Shown here piece after piece: positions 1 through 7,914 of a stretch of DNA of 32,000 nt; position 1 is the stretch's first letter, and the number at the start of each line of letters is the position of its first letter. Below the pieces are notes generated by a model. That model worked only from the letters and a program-made list of their open reading frames with translations. It was not told where the DNA came from and did not search any database. The stretch is from Candidatus Iainarchaeum sp. (GTDB taxonomy: Archaea; Iainarchaeota; Iainarchaeia; Iainarchaeales; GCA-2688035). A program made the position numbers and the translations under genes. Location of the stretch: NCBI GenBank assembly GCA_028713935.1, contig JAQTNI010000003.1:17391-49390 (forward strand), read 5' to 3'.

Positions 1-83
1 ATCAGTTATATTTAAATACTTCTTGGGTACATAATTATGTAACAACACATTCAGGCGACAGTTTTTGCAAAGGAGTGTTCTCA

Positions 84-416
84 ATGAAAATCAAAATTTT
101 GTTTTTGGCAATCGCAGCAATTTTTTTGGCTAGCCAGGTTTCTGCCTATTATTATTGGGGCGGAAGTTATGGCGCCCTGGAATATCCTAACAGCTATTAT
201 AATTACACTTACAGTGGCGCAAGCTATGGGCCTAGCTACGGATATGATTATTACTACAATTTCACTCCGTATTCAACCTATTCCTATTATTCAAGCTGGC
301 AGCCATATGCAACATATTATGAGCCTGTATATTACACATACCCTGCTTATTACTCAGGATATGACAAGGAATTTTATTGGAGCGGATTCGGCTTTAATTT
401 TGCCTATCTGCATTAA
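84..416 (+). CDS. Secreted tyrosine-rich low-complexity protein (orphan)
   Basis: ATG at 84 with aaaggag at 69-75, 8 nt upstream (the ORF track starts at GTG 75). MKIKILFLAIAAIFLASQVSA looks like a signal peptide. The remaining ~89 aa contain 30 Tyr, 3 Trp and 5 Phe by my count, three SYG motifs, no Cys, no Arg and one Lys. Confidence 0.6.
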   Translation: MKIKILFLAIAAIFLASQVSAYYYWGGSYGALEYPNSYYNYTYSGASYGPSYGYDYYYNFTPYSTYSYYSSWQPYATYYEPVYYTYPAYYSGYDKEFYWSGFGFNFAYLH

Positions 417-424
417 ATAATTTG

Positions 425-457
425 GCAGGCAAATTTTGCCTGCAATTCACTATTTTT
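425..457. terminator. Hairpin plus T-run between convergent genes
   Basis: Inverted repeat gcaggca-aattt-tgcctgc at 425-443 (7-bp stem) followed by tattttt at 451-457. It lies in the 45-nt gap between the stops of the Tyr-rich gene and ecfT. Confidence 0.4.
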
Positions 458-461
458 AATC

Positions 462-1058
462 TCAGGCTCTTCCGTTCTTTTTTCTTAAATAATAGGCTAT
501 TGCAAGCTCGTCTGACTTCTGAAGAGCTGTTATGAACAATGGCACTAGAATTGATTTTAGGTAATGCAATGGCCTTTTAGGGGAAATTCCGCGCAGTTTT
601 TGTATGTCTTTTATTTCCAAAAAATCCCTTTCAATTTCAGGCAAAAACCTGAATAACGCGAAAATTGGAAGTGAAACTGCTTCAGGCATTCTTAATTTTT
701 GGAAAAGCCTTGCAAGCGCAAAGGCATCAGTGGAAAAGGAAAAAAAGCTTGTTGCCATCAGCAAATTGAAAACCCTTATGTTTGAAACAACAATTAATTG
801 AACCAGGTTTATTCCCGTACCTTTAAGAAAAAACCAGAAACCAAAATCAGCAAGCAGCAGGAAAGGAATTACTCCAAGAAAGCCTTTGAAAGAATCAAAG
901 CCAGCAATTGCAAGAAGAAACAGCAAAATAGCAAACAGGGCTAGCTGTGCTTCAATGCTGTTAAGCAGGACAGCGAGGACAAAAAAAAATGCAAATAAAA
1001 TTATTTTCAGTAATTCTGGAGCCCCTGAAAAAAGCGATTTGCTTTTGTATTGGAACAT
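462..1058 (-). CDS. ecfT: ECF transporter transmembrane (T) component, short form
   Basis: Polytopic hydrophobic protein directly downstream of the ABC ATPase. The C-terminal part has Arg-Gly coupling-helix-like motifs (ALARLFQKL, IQKLRGISPK). At 198 aa it is shorter than typical EcfT. The ATG at 1058 overlaps the ATPase gene by 52 nt and there is no alternative start in between. Confidence 0.6.
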   Translation of the reverse strand: MFQYKSKSLFSGAPELLKIILFAFFFVLAVLLNSIEAQLALFAILLFLLAIAGFDSFKGFLGVIPFLLLADFGFWFFLKGTGINLVQLIVVSNIRVFNLLMATSFFSFSTDAFALARLFQKLRMPEAVSLPIFALFRFLPEIERDFLEIKDIQKLRGISPKRPLHYLKSILVPLFITALQKSDELAIAYYLRKKNGRA

Positions 1059-2179
1059 TCTTCCAGCACCCCCTTTTCAATAATAAAAACCCTGTCACAG
1101 TAATCAAGCAATTTTTTGTCATGAGTTGAAATTATCATTGAATCACTGCTATTGCTTATGAAGCCGTAAACAACTGCCTTGTTTTCAGAATCAAGCCAGG
1201 TTGTTGGCTCGTCAAGCAAGGCAATTGTGCCTGCTTTTACAGCTGCAATGCTGACAAGTTTTTGCTGGCCCCTGCTGAGCCTGTCAGGAGAGCTTTTCAA
1301 CAGGTGAGAAATTCCAAGCAAGTGCGCATTTGCCTTGTCAAACAACTCTTCTTCAACTGTTTCATTGAAAAACAAATGGGAAGGATTCTGGGGAGCAAAA
1401 GAAACCTTTTCTTTGAGCAATAGTTTTCCTGAAAACTTATTAAGGCGGGCAATTGTTTTCAGCAAAGTTGTTTTGCCTGAACCGTTTCTTCCAATAATTG
1501 CAATTTTTTCGCCTTTGTGAAGAGAAAAACCAGCAGAAAGCACTGTCGGAGCAGAAATTTTAAAATCCGCTTCCAGGACAATTTCTTTTAATGTGTTTTT
1601 TTTCTTTTCTGGCAAAAAAACTTTTTTTGGCTTCTGCAAAAAAAACTTTTTTTCAGCGGAAACAAAATTGTCTTTCTTGTCAAACCAAACAATTGCGCCT
1701 CTGCCCGCTTTTTCAAGCATTTTCCTGAAGCGGCCTGATTCGACAGGGTCCAATAGTTCCAAAGGCTCATCAAGAAGAAGCGCTTCAGGCTTAAGGGCAA
1801 GGTTTGCTATCAGGTTGAGCTTCTGCTTTTCCCCTTCACTGAACTGAAAAATGTTTCTTTCAAGCAAATGCCCAGCATTAAGCTTTTTTGCAAGCAAAAC
1901 CCCTTTTTCTCCAAGCTCTTCTTTCGCTGAAATCGCAAAAAACTGGTTTGAAGGATTCTGCATTATCAAGGAGGCCTTTGCAGGCAATTTGTATTTTCCT
2001 GAAATTTGTGCAGGAACAAAATCAGGAATAACTCCTGCCAGAAAAAAAGCCAGGCTTGTTTTTCCTGTTCCATTGGCACCTATTATTGCAATCTTTTCAT
2101 TGGAGCCAATCTGCAAATTCAGGCCTTGAATTATTTTTTTGGCTTTAAACGCAAGTGAAAAATTTTCCAGCTTAATCAT
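1007..2179 (-). CDS. ecfA: Fused tandem ABC ATPase (EcfA-EcfA'-like), 390 aa
   Basis: Two nucleotide-binding domains. NBD1 has Walker A GANGTGKT, Q-loop MQNPSNQF, degenerate signature FSEGEKQK, Walker B LLLDEP and no H-loop His (IVWFDKKD). NBD2 has Walker A GRNGSGKT, Q-loop PQNPSHLF, signature LSRGQQK, Walker B ALLDEP and H-loop ISTHD. Confidence 0.85.
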   Translation of the reverse strand: MIKLENFSLAFKAKKIIQGLNLQIGSNEKIAIIGANGTGKTSLAFFLAGVIPDFVPAQISGKYKLPAKASLIMQNPSNQFFAISAKEELGEKGVLLAKKLNAGHLLERNIFQFSEGEKQKLNLIANLALKPEALLLDEPLELLDPVESGRFRKMLEKAGRGAIVWFDKKDNFVSAEKKFFLQKPKKVFLPEKKKNTLKEIVLEADFKISAPTVLSAGFSLHKGEKIAIIGRNGSGKTTLLKTIARLNKFSGKLLLKEKVSFAPQNPSHLFFNETVEEELFDKANAHLLGISHLLKSSPDRLSRGQQKLVSIAAVKAGTIALLDEPTTWLDSENKAVVYGFISNSSDSMIISTHDKKLLDYCDRVFIIEKGVLEECSNTKANRFFQGLQNY

Positions 2180-2708
2180 CCAATCTGGCCTTCAGGCGTG
2201 TTGAAAAAACAAGGAAATAGGCAATCCAAAAATCCATTGCAGCAAGAATAATGTTTGGCACAATAAACAATTCCACTGGAAATTTTTGCAAGGCAATTTC
2301 AGTCGGAATGCCAAAAAAAACAGGTATTGCCCAGTAATAATTGAACAAAACCATTATTGCAGGCCTTGCAGCAAGGCACAAAACAAAGGCAGCAACCATT
2401 GCTTTTTTTCCAAAACCGAATTTTTTGCCAATAATGCCGACAATCAGGACCATTACAATTGTTGCTGCAAATTTCATTATTGCGCCGACAATGCCGGTTG
2501 GGGCAAAAATTGCTATTCCGATTGCGGAAACAAGGCTTGTCAATAATCCCCCTGAAAGGCCGAGAATAAAAGTGCCTGCAAGCCATGGCACACCAACAAC
2601 ATCAATGTCGATTACCCCTCCATACGAATAGGAAATTTTCCAGATCTGGAGTATGACACTGATTGCAGCCAGTATTGCTGCCGCAAAAATAATCCTGTAC
2701 CTGTGCAT
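2172..2708 (-). CDS. ECF transporter substrate-binding (S) component, substrate unknown
   Basis: Small (~178 aa) protein with about 6 TM segments immediately upstream of, and overlapping by 8 nt, the ECF ATPase. Start moved to ATG 2708 (MHRYRIIFAAAILA...) because the ORF-track start at 2828 overlaps the upstream gene and adds a non-hydrophobic extension. Confidence 0.55.
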   Translation of the reverse strand: MHRYRIIFAAAILAAISVILQIWKISYSYGGVIDIDVVGVPWLAGTFILGLSGGLLTSLVSAIGIAIFAPTGIVGAIMKFAATIVMVLIVGIIGKKFGFGKKAMVAAFVLCLAARPAIMVLFNYYWAIPVFFGIPTEIALQKFPVELFIVPNIILAAMDFWIAYFLVFSTRLKARLDD

Positions 2709-2781
2709 ATGAAAAGAATGCCAGGCATTACTTAAAAATGTTTTGCTTAACAAAAAAGAGTAACCAACATAATATTGCTTT

Positions 2782-3204
2782 TTACTTTTGCTTCCTGCGC
2801 AGCTCCAATTCTTCCAGGATTTTGCCAATGCCCCTTATTTCATACGGAGTCCATTGTTTTGTCGGAATATCATAGGCCCTTGCACTTTTTTCAAACCGCC
2901 CAAGGAATTCCTGGACAGCCATTATTTCTCCATAATGGCCTGCAATTGCTTCCAGCGAAGCGAGAGGCAGGTTTTTGATTTCTTCTGGTTTCAAAGCAAT
3001 TTCAATTATTTGCTTTCCACCCTTGGTATGCATGACTGCGAAGCCCGGCAAAAATGATGCAAAAGACATTCCCAAAAAAGTTACCCTGGTTTGAGCCAAT
3101 TCAAAATCAAGCAATTTTTCTTCCAATTCCATGTGAATTTTAGACTTCTGGCTTGCTCGTTTGGGACGCAGAGTGACTCTTAGATTTTTTAAAAACCTTA
3201 ACAT
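2782..3204 (-). CDS. Hypothetical protein with basic N-terminus
   Basis: 140-aa ORF in the operon, 7 nt after the ribL stop. No motif recognised. The N-terminus MLRFLKNLRVTLRPKRASQKSK is K/R-rich. Confidence 0.5.
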   Translation of the reverse strand: MLRFLKNLRVTLRPKRASQKSKIHMELEEKLLDFELAQTRVTFLGMSFASFLPGFAVMHTKGGKQIIEIALKPEEIKNLPLASLEAIAGHYGEIMAVQEFLGRFEKSARAYDIPTKQWTPYEIRGIGKILEELELRRKQK

Positions 3205-3211
3205 GCCTTAA

Positions 3212-3628
3212 TCACTTTTCCTTGTTTTGCAGTATTTTGCTTGTCTTGAATTTTTCAGGTTGGAAAGGCTTTATGCGCACAATCATTGGATGCAAGCCGA
3301 GCTTTCCAAGCTCCTGCGCCAGGGAAAACTCGCTTTTCCACTGGTCATAGCCCAAAGCAATTATTTGAGGCCTGTGCTTTTGGATTGTGCTCCAGGAGCG
3401 CATTTCCCTATCCCCCAAAACAGCTTCATTTACAAAATCAAGTTTTTTTATTTCTTCCAGGCGGGCTTTTTCATTGTGCAAAGGCTTCTTGCCTTTTATA
3501 ACAACTGAATTTTTGTCGCGTGCAACAACAACAATCAAATAATCGCCAAGCTTTTTTGCCTCCTGCAAATAATAAAGGTGCCCTTGGTGGACAATGTCAA
3601 AAGTCCCGAAAGCCATTACCTTGCGCAT
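3212..3628 (-). CDS. ribL: Cytidylyltransferase-family nucleotidyltransferase, archaeal FAD synthase (RibL)-like
   Basis: AFGTFDIVHQGH (the (T/H)xGH nucleotidyltransferase motif), LIVVVARD, ~138 aa, matching the size and motifs of archaeal RibL / glycerol-3-phosphate cytidylyltransferase-like enzymes. Start set at ATG 3628; alternatives are TTG 3640 and ATG 3616. Confidence 0.65.
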   Translation of the reverse strand: MRKVMAFGTFDIVHQGHLYYLQEAKKLGDYLIVVVARDKNSVVIKGKKPLHNEKARLEEIKKLDFVNEAVLGDREMRSWSTIQKHRPQIIALGYDQWKSEFSLAQELGKLGLHPMIVRIKPFQPEKFKTSKILQNKEK

Positions 3629-3641
3629 AAAAAAAACCAAT

Positions 3642-4253
3642 TTATCTTTTTGACGGGGAAGTGATAATTGAATTCAACAGGCGGATTGCATACTCTGCAG
3701 ATGCAGCCCTTTCAAAAGAGTTCCTGTCAAACAATTTTCTGTTAAACTTAAGCACAGCAATAATCTCAGGCCTAAAGTAAGATGGATCTTCAGCAAGAGC
3801 GCTTTCAAGTATTTTTTTCCATTTGTTTAATTCAGTTCTAAGTTTCTCGGAATCAGCCAAACCGCGATGCCTTGCTCTTAACTCAATTAAAATAAAGTTT
3901 TTTAATTCTCTTCCAAGAGCAGTTCTAAGAAATTCGTCAATTATCTTTTTTCTTTGCAATCTTGCTTTTATGTTTACAGGCTGACCAGGTGTGGAGCTCG
4001 CATAAAACCTGCCTTGAAAAGCCAAAAGCCTTCGCGCTGGCTTGCCCTTAAGCGAACCAGTCAGAAAACCAGCCCTGTCAAATTTTAAGCCTGTTGCCTT
4101 TGATTTTCTTCTTTCCGCCCTGGCTTCTGCAGAGCGCTGGGCAAAGCTTGCGCTCTTCCTCTTTGCAACTACAGTTGTCCTTTCTGGAGATCTTTTTTGG
4201 CCTGGGGTTTTTCTTTCTGCCTGCGGTTGTTTTCTTGGTGCAAAAGGCTTCAT
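3642..4253 (-). CDS. Highly basic hypothetical protein (first gene of the ribL/ECF operon)
   Basis: ATG at 4253 with a TATA-like tataaata at 4277-4284, about 25 nt upstream. The N-terminal ~100 aa are R/K/P/Q-rich and look disordered. The C-terminal AEYAIRLLNSIITSP resembles the C-terminal module of the 5394 and 5800 proteins. Confidence 0.55.
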   Translation of the reverse strand: MKPFAPRKQPQAERKTPGQKRSPERTTVVAKRKSASFAQRSAEARAERRKSKATGLKFDRAGFLTGSLKGKPARRLLAFQGRFYASSTPGQPVNIKARLQRKKIIDEFLRTALGRELKNFILIELRARHRGLADSEKLRTELNKWKKILESALAEDPSYFRPEIIAVLKFNRKLFDRNSFERAASAEYAIRLLNSIITSPSKR

Positions 4254-4317
4254 GGCAAACACAAACTCCAATTAAGTATAAATACTTTCACAATATATAA
4301 TTTAGCTGGTTATTGGC
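4254..4317. promoter_or_regulatory. Divergent promoter region with two TATA-like boxes
   Basis: tataaata (4277-4284) lies ~25 nt from the minus-strand ATG 4253. atatataa (4293-4300) lies ~20-25 nt from the tyrS ATG 4318. There is no room for SD leaders, so both mRNAs are probably leaderless. Confidence 0.45.
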
Positions 4318-5388
4318 ATGAATACTGAACAAAAGGTTGCGCTTGTAAGGCAGGTTGGCGAGGAAATTATTACTGAACAGGAACTATTTGAATTGTTTGA
4401 CAAAAAAAAACAGCCAGTTGCCTATGACGGGTTTGAGCCGAGCGGAAACATTCACATTGCACAGGGCCTGTTAAGGGCAATTAATGTGAACAAGATGACA
4501 AAGGCAGGCTGCAAATTCAAGATGCTTGCTGCTGACTGGCATGCATTGGCAAACAACAAGTATGGCGGGGACCTTGAAAAAATCCAGGCCTGCGGAGATT
4601 ATCTTATAGAAGTGTGGAAAGCAACTGAAATGGATTTTAAGAATGTTGAATTTGTAAGGTCAAGCGGCATTGTAAAAAAAGAGGATTACTGGAAAAAAGT
4701 AATGCGGATTGCAACCAAAATAACAGTGAACAGGGCAGTAAGGTCTTCACAGATAATGGGCAGGAAGGAAAGCGAAACCCAGAATGCTTCACAAATTTTT
4801 TATCCCTGCATGCAGGCAGCTGATATTTTCCAGTTGAGTGTTGACATAACAGAATTGGGAATGGACCAGAGAAAAGTGAATGTGCTTGCAAGGGAAATAG
4901 GGCCTGAACTGGGTTTCTGGAAGCCTGTTGTTGTGAGCCACCATATGCTGATTGGCTTGTCACAAATTAAGAGCGATGCGCAGGGCATTGAAAGGGCAAT
5001 TGAATTGAAAATGTCAAAATCAATTCCGGATTCCGCTATTTTCATGACTGATTCTGGAGAAGAAGTTGAAAGAAAAATAATGAAGGCTTATTGCCCTGAA
5101 AAACAATTGCAGGAAAACCCGATTATTGAATATTGCAAATTCATTGTTTTTGAAAAAAACAAAAAAATGAAAATTGAGCGGCCTGCAAAATTCGGCGGTG
5201 ACATTGAAATCAATTCTTTTGAAGAGCTTGAAAGGCTTTTTTCCGGCGGGGAACTGCATCCAATGGATTTGAAAAAAAGCCTTGCCTTTTACATCAATGA
5301 AATGCTTTTCCCAGTGAGAAAGCATTTTGAAAAAGGAAAGGCAAAAGAGCTTCTTGAAAAAGTCCAGGGTTTCAAGGTTACAAGGTGA
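4318..5388 (+). CDS. tyrS: Tyrosyl-tRNA synthetase, archaeal/eukaryotic type
   Basis: Class I aaRS motifs: YDGFEPSGNIHIAQG (HIGH-like) and KMSKS. FYPCMQAADI and GMDQRKVNVLARE are typical of archaeal TyrRS. 356 aa. Confidence 0.92.
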   Translation: MNTEQKVALVRQVGEEIITEQELFELFDKKKQPVAYDGFEPSGNIHIAQGLLRAINVNKMTKAGCKFKMLAADWHALANNKYGGDLEKIQACGDYLIEVWKATEMDFKNVEFVRSSGIVKKEDYWKKVMRIATKITVNRAVRSSQIMGRKESETQNASQIFYPCMQAADIFQLSVDITELGMDQRKVNVLAREIGPELGFWKPVVVSHHMLIGLSQIKSDAQGIERAIELKMSKSIPDSAIFMTDSGEEVERKIMKAYCPEKQLQENPIIEYCKFIVFEKNKKMKIERPAKFGGDIEINSFEELERLFSGGELHPMDLKKSLAFYINEMLFPVRKHFEKGKAKELLEKVQGFKVTR

Positions 5389-5393
5389 AAAAA

Positions 5394-5759
5394 ATGAGGA
5401 GGAATGCGTTAAAATCCATTAAGCCAACCACTTCCCAGGTGAGAAGGCTGCGAACTTCACAAGTTGAAAAAGCACAGAGGGCGTCAGCAGGCATTGGGCC
5501 TGGGCTTGCACAAAGAGAAAGAGATTTTATAATAAAAGTTAGGGCAACTGCAGCAAGCCTTCAAGGGTGGTTTCCAAAAAAAGTTGCTTCTGGAACACTG
5601 GCGCGGCTGATAGCCCAAACAATGTATGAAAAACCAAGTGAGCCTGCAGTTTTTGCAATAAAAAGAATAATTGAAACTCCAAAAAAGGAAGACATAGTTC
5701 CGCCCCAAGAAAGGCAAAAAATGCCCCCAAGGCCTGGCTTGAAAAGGAAAAAGAAATGA
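5394..5759 (+). CDS. Basic orphan protein, paralogue A
   Basis: ATG 5394 with ggtga 5 nt upstream; the alternative GTG 5385 overlaps the tyrS stop. Aligns along its length with the next ORF (LR.S.V...PG...RER...ARLIAQTMY...AIKRIIETP...PPRPGLKRKKK). Confidence 0.55.
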   Translation: MRRNALKSIKPTTSQVRRLRTSQVEKAQRASAGIGPGLAQRERDFIIKVRATAASLQGWFPKKVASGTLARLIAQTMYEKPSEPAVFAIKRIIETPKKEDIVPPQERQKMPPRPGLKRKKK

Positions 5760-5799
5760 TTGCGTTAAAAAATTATTTTTTTATTCAGGAGGCAAAAAA

Positions 5800-6156
5800 A
5801 TGGCGAGGCGTATCAGCAGAAGCCCTAGTCATAATGATACTTTTGGAGCTAAATTAAGAGTTTCCAGAGTTGCAAGTGCGAATAAGTTACGAATCCGTGA
5901 TAGGCCGGGAATTGAAGAGGCAGAAGCTGCTTTCAGGGAAAGAGTTTGGAACCTGGCAAAGGAAACCCCAAAAAATGCGAAGCTGCACACCAGAGCAGTA
6001 ATGATAGCAAACAGAATTTATGCCCCTGCAAACCCCAGCACTATTGCAATAACGACAATAGAGAGAATACTCCAAACCCCGCTTGCAAGCGCCGAAATAA
6101 CAAAAGAAAAACAAAAATTTGAGGCAAGGCCAAGAATGCCAAAAAAGAAAAAGTAA
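5800..6156 (+). CDS. Basic orphan protein, paralogue B
   Basis: ATG 5800 with a strong SD aggagg at 5787-5792. Shares the module RAVMIANRIY...AITTIERILQTP and the tail ARPRMPKKKK with paralogue A. Confidence 0.6.
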   Translation: MARRISRSPSHNDTFGAKLRVSRVASANKLRIRDRPGIEEAEAAFRERVWNLAKETPKNAKLHTRAVMIANRIYAPANPSTIAITTIERILQTPLASAEITKEKQKFEARPRMPKKKK

Positions 6157-6215
6157 GAAAATTGCAGTGAAAAAATTTAAATAGCTGGAATTCCTTATAA
6201 ACTAAGTGATTTTGA

Positions 6216-6833
6216 TTGAATCTGAATATTTTCAAGGTAAGCAGTTCTGTTGACGGCAATTTTGAAAAGCCGAACATTGCATTGGCATTGGTTATTGTGA
6301 TTGTGCCTGCAATTATTGCGGCAATCGGCTATATTGCGGATGGCCTGAACATTGACTGGGCAGAATTTGCAATCCAGCACATTGTAATGCGGTATGTTTT
6401 GTTCTTTGTTTTGGCTGCAATGATTTTTGCAATAGGAATTGCTTTTCACAGGAAAAGCCGCGAAGGGCTTTTTGCAGGAGTTGTTTCCGCGCTTGGCTTT
6501 TTTTATGTTTTTGCAATAATACTTGCAGTAATTTCACAGCTTGCACAGAGGCTTGTTTTTTCCCCAGCTTTCCTTGCAAAGCTACAGTTGCTTTCGGCTG
6601 CAACAACACAGGAAGCAGCCGCAACAGTCGCATTGCTCATTGCAACAATGCCAAAGGAAATTAATTTTCCGCTTTTTTTTGCATTGATTATAATTGGCCT
6701 GATAATTTATGTCTGGCAGTATTTTACATTGTACAAAATAATTTCTTTTTCTTCCGGAGAAAGGCCATGGGTGAACATTGCCTGCTGGGCAGTGGTTGTT
6801 TTCATATACGGGCTTATTTCCGCAGCACTATAA
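6216..6833 (+). CDS. Integral membrane protein, unknown function
   Basis: About 5 hydrophobic helices. Only a TTG start (6216) is available near the 5' end, so the start is uncertain. No family motif recognised. Confidence 0.5.
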   Translation: MNLNIFKVSSSVDGNFEKPNIALALVIVIVPAIIAAIGYIADGLNIDWAEFAIQHIVMRYVLFFVLAAMIFAIGIAFHRKSREGLFAGVVSALGFFYVFAIILAVISQLAQRLVFSPAFLAKLQLLSAATTQEAAATVALLIATMPKEINFPLFFALIIIGLIIYVWQYFTLYKIISFSSGERPWVNIACWAVVVFIYGLISAAL

Positions 6834-6861
6834 AACAGGGGTGGCTTGATTGTCTCTTGAA

Positions 6862-7296
6862 ATGGAATTGTTTGACCCTTTCAGAAAAAAGAAAAAATTT
6901 GAGAATTTCATGCAGGATTTTTTTGAACCCATGAAACTGCCTTTAAGCGCTGGCCTGCGCTCACCGCTTGTTGACATCAGGGACAAGGAAAAAATGCTGG
7001 AAGTGACTGCCGAGCTTCCCGGAGTTGAAAAAAAAGACATTGACATTGATATCCAGAACGGGAGCATTGCAATCAGGACTGAAATGCACAGGGAAAAAAA
7101 AGAGGAAACAAAAAGCAAGGGCTATTACTTTCACGAAAGGGCTTACAGCGGCTTTTACAGAATGCTGCCATTGCCAAGCGAAGTAATCCCTGGCAGGGCA
7201 AAAGCTGAATTTTCAAACGGCTTGCTCAGGATTGAAATCCCAAAAGCAAAGCTGATTAAAGCGGCAGGCAAAAAATTCAAAGTCAAGGTAAAATAA
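6862..7296 (+). CDS. hsp20: Small heat-shock protein (Hsp20 / alpha-crystallin domain)
   Basis: PLVDIRDKEKMLEVTAELPGVEKKDIDIDIQNGSIAIR ... GFYRMLPLPSEV...AEFSNGLLRIEIPK is the canonical alpha-crystallin domain pattern. ATG 6862 (ORF-track TTG 6850). A T-rich stretch follows the stop. Confidence 0.85.
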   Translation: MELFDPFRKKKKFENFMQDFFEPMKLPLSAGLRSPLVDIRDKEKMLEVTAELPGVEKKDIDIDIQNGSIAIRTEMHREKKEETKSKGYYFHERAYSGFYRMLPLPSEVIPGRAKAEFSNGLLRIEIPKAKLIKAAGKKFKVKVK

Positions 7297-7341
7297 TTTT
7301 TTCATTGCCTTTTTTCTTTTTTTTGCTTGCTATTTCTAATT

Positions 7342-7899
7342 ATGAAAAAACTGCTCAGGCTGCAGAACCTGCAGAAACGCAATTCCCTTTCCCAAAAAGA
7401 AATAATTGAAAAAAGCTTTGCAATAAAAGAAAGGCTTTTTTCCCTGCAGGAATTCAAAAAGTCTGAAAAAATCCTGTTTTATGTGGGAATCAAGAGTGAG
7501 GCCAGGACAAGTGAAATGATTGGGGAAGCGCTTGGCCTTGGAAAAACTGTTGCAGTGCCCTTATGCGATTTTGAAAAAAAAGAAATGCGCGCAGTGCAAA
7601 TAAATTCCCTGGATTGCCTGGAGGAAAAAAAATTCGGCCTGCTTGAGCCAAAAACAGGAAAAAAAATTCCTGTTCAAGAGATTGACCTGATTATAGTGCC
7701 GGGAACTGCTTTTGACTTGAAATGCGAAAGGCTGGGTTATGGCGGAGGGTTTTTTGACAGGTTCCTGAAAAAAACAAAAAAAAGCGCAAAAAAAATCGGG
7801 CTTGCTTTTGAATGCAACATTGAGAAAAAAATCCCAAGCACAAGCCGGGATGTAAAAATGGATAAAATAATAACTGAAAAAAGAATTATTATCGCTTAA
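7342..7899 (+). CDS. 5-formyltetrahydrofolate cyclo-ligase (MTHFS)
   Basis: Family pattern: KILFYV...E..T......A...GK.VAVP, IDLIIVPGTAFD..C.RLGYGGGFFDRFL. About 185 aa from ATG 7342. Confidence 0.8.
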   Translation: MKKLLRLQNLQKRNSLSQKEIIEKSFAIKERLFSLQEFKKSEKILFYVGIKSEARTSEMIGEALGLGKTVAVPLCDFEKKEMRAVQINSLDCLEEKKFGLLEPKTGKKIPVQEIDLIIVPGTAFDLKCERLGYGGGFFDRFLKKTKKSAKKIGLAFECNIEKKIPSTSRDVKMDKIITEKRIIIA

Positions 7900-7914
7900 A
7901 AAGGAGATGAAAAT

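Noticed and set aside
169-420. Alternative-frame 83-aa ORF inside the Tyr-rich gene
   Set aside because: It has no signal peptide or SD. The 84-416 frame has an SD, a signal peptide and a coherent composition. The alternative frame is a by-product of TAT/TAC-rich repeats.
981-989. Frequent A or T homopolymer runs of 8-10 nt inside coding regions (for example 981-989 and near 7965) as phase-variation tracts
   Set aside because: They are ubiquitous, correspond to Lys (AAA) or Phe (TTT) runs in a genome with strong AAA preference, and all affected ORFs are intact. There is no evidence of slippage.
1007-1058. 52-nt ecfA/ecfT overlap as a possible frameshift or pseudogene signature
   Set aside because: Both ORFs are intact with complete motifs. 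There is no alternative start codon for ecfT downstream of the ecfA stop, and long overlaps are plausible in such a compact genome. I kept it as a note only.
2717-2729. Short palindrome aatgcc-a-ggcatt between a TATA-like box and the S-component start
   Set aside because: It has only 6-bp arms, occurs once, and has no related copy elsewhere in the window. That is too weak to call an operator.
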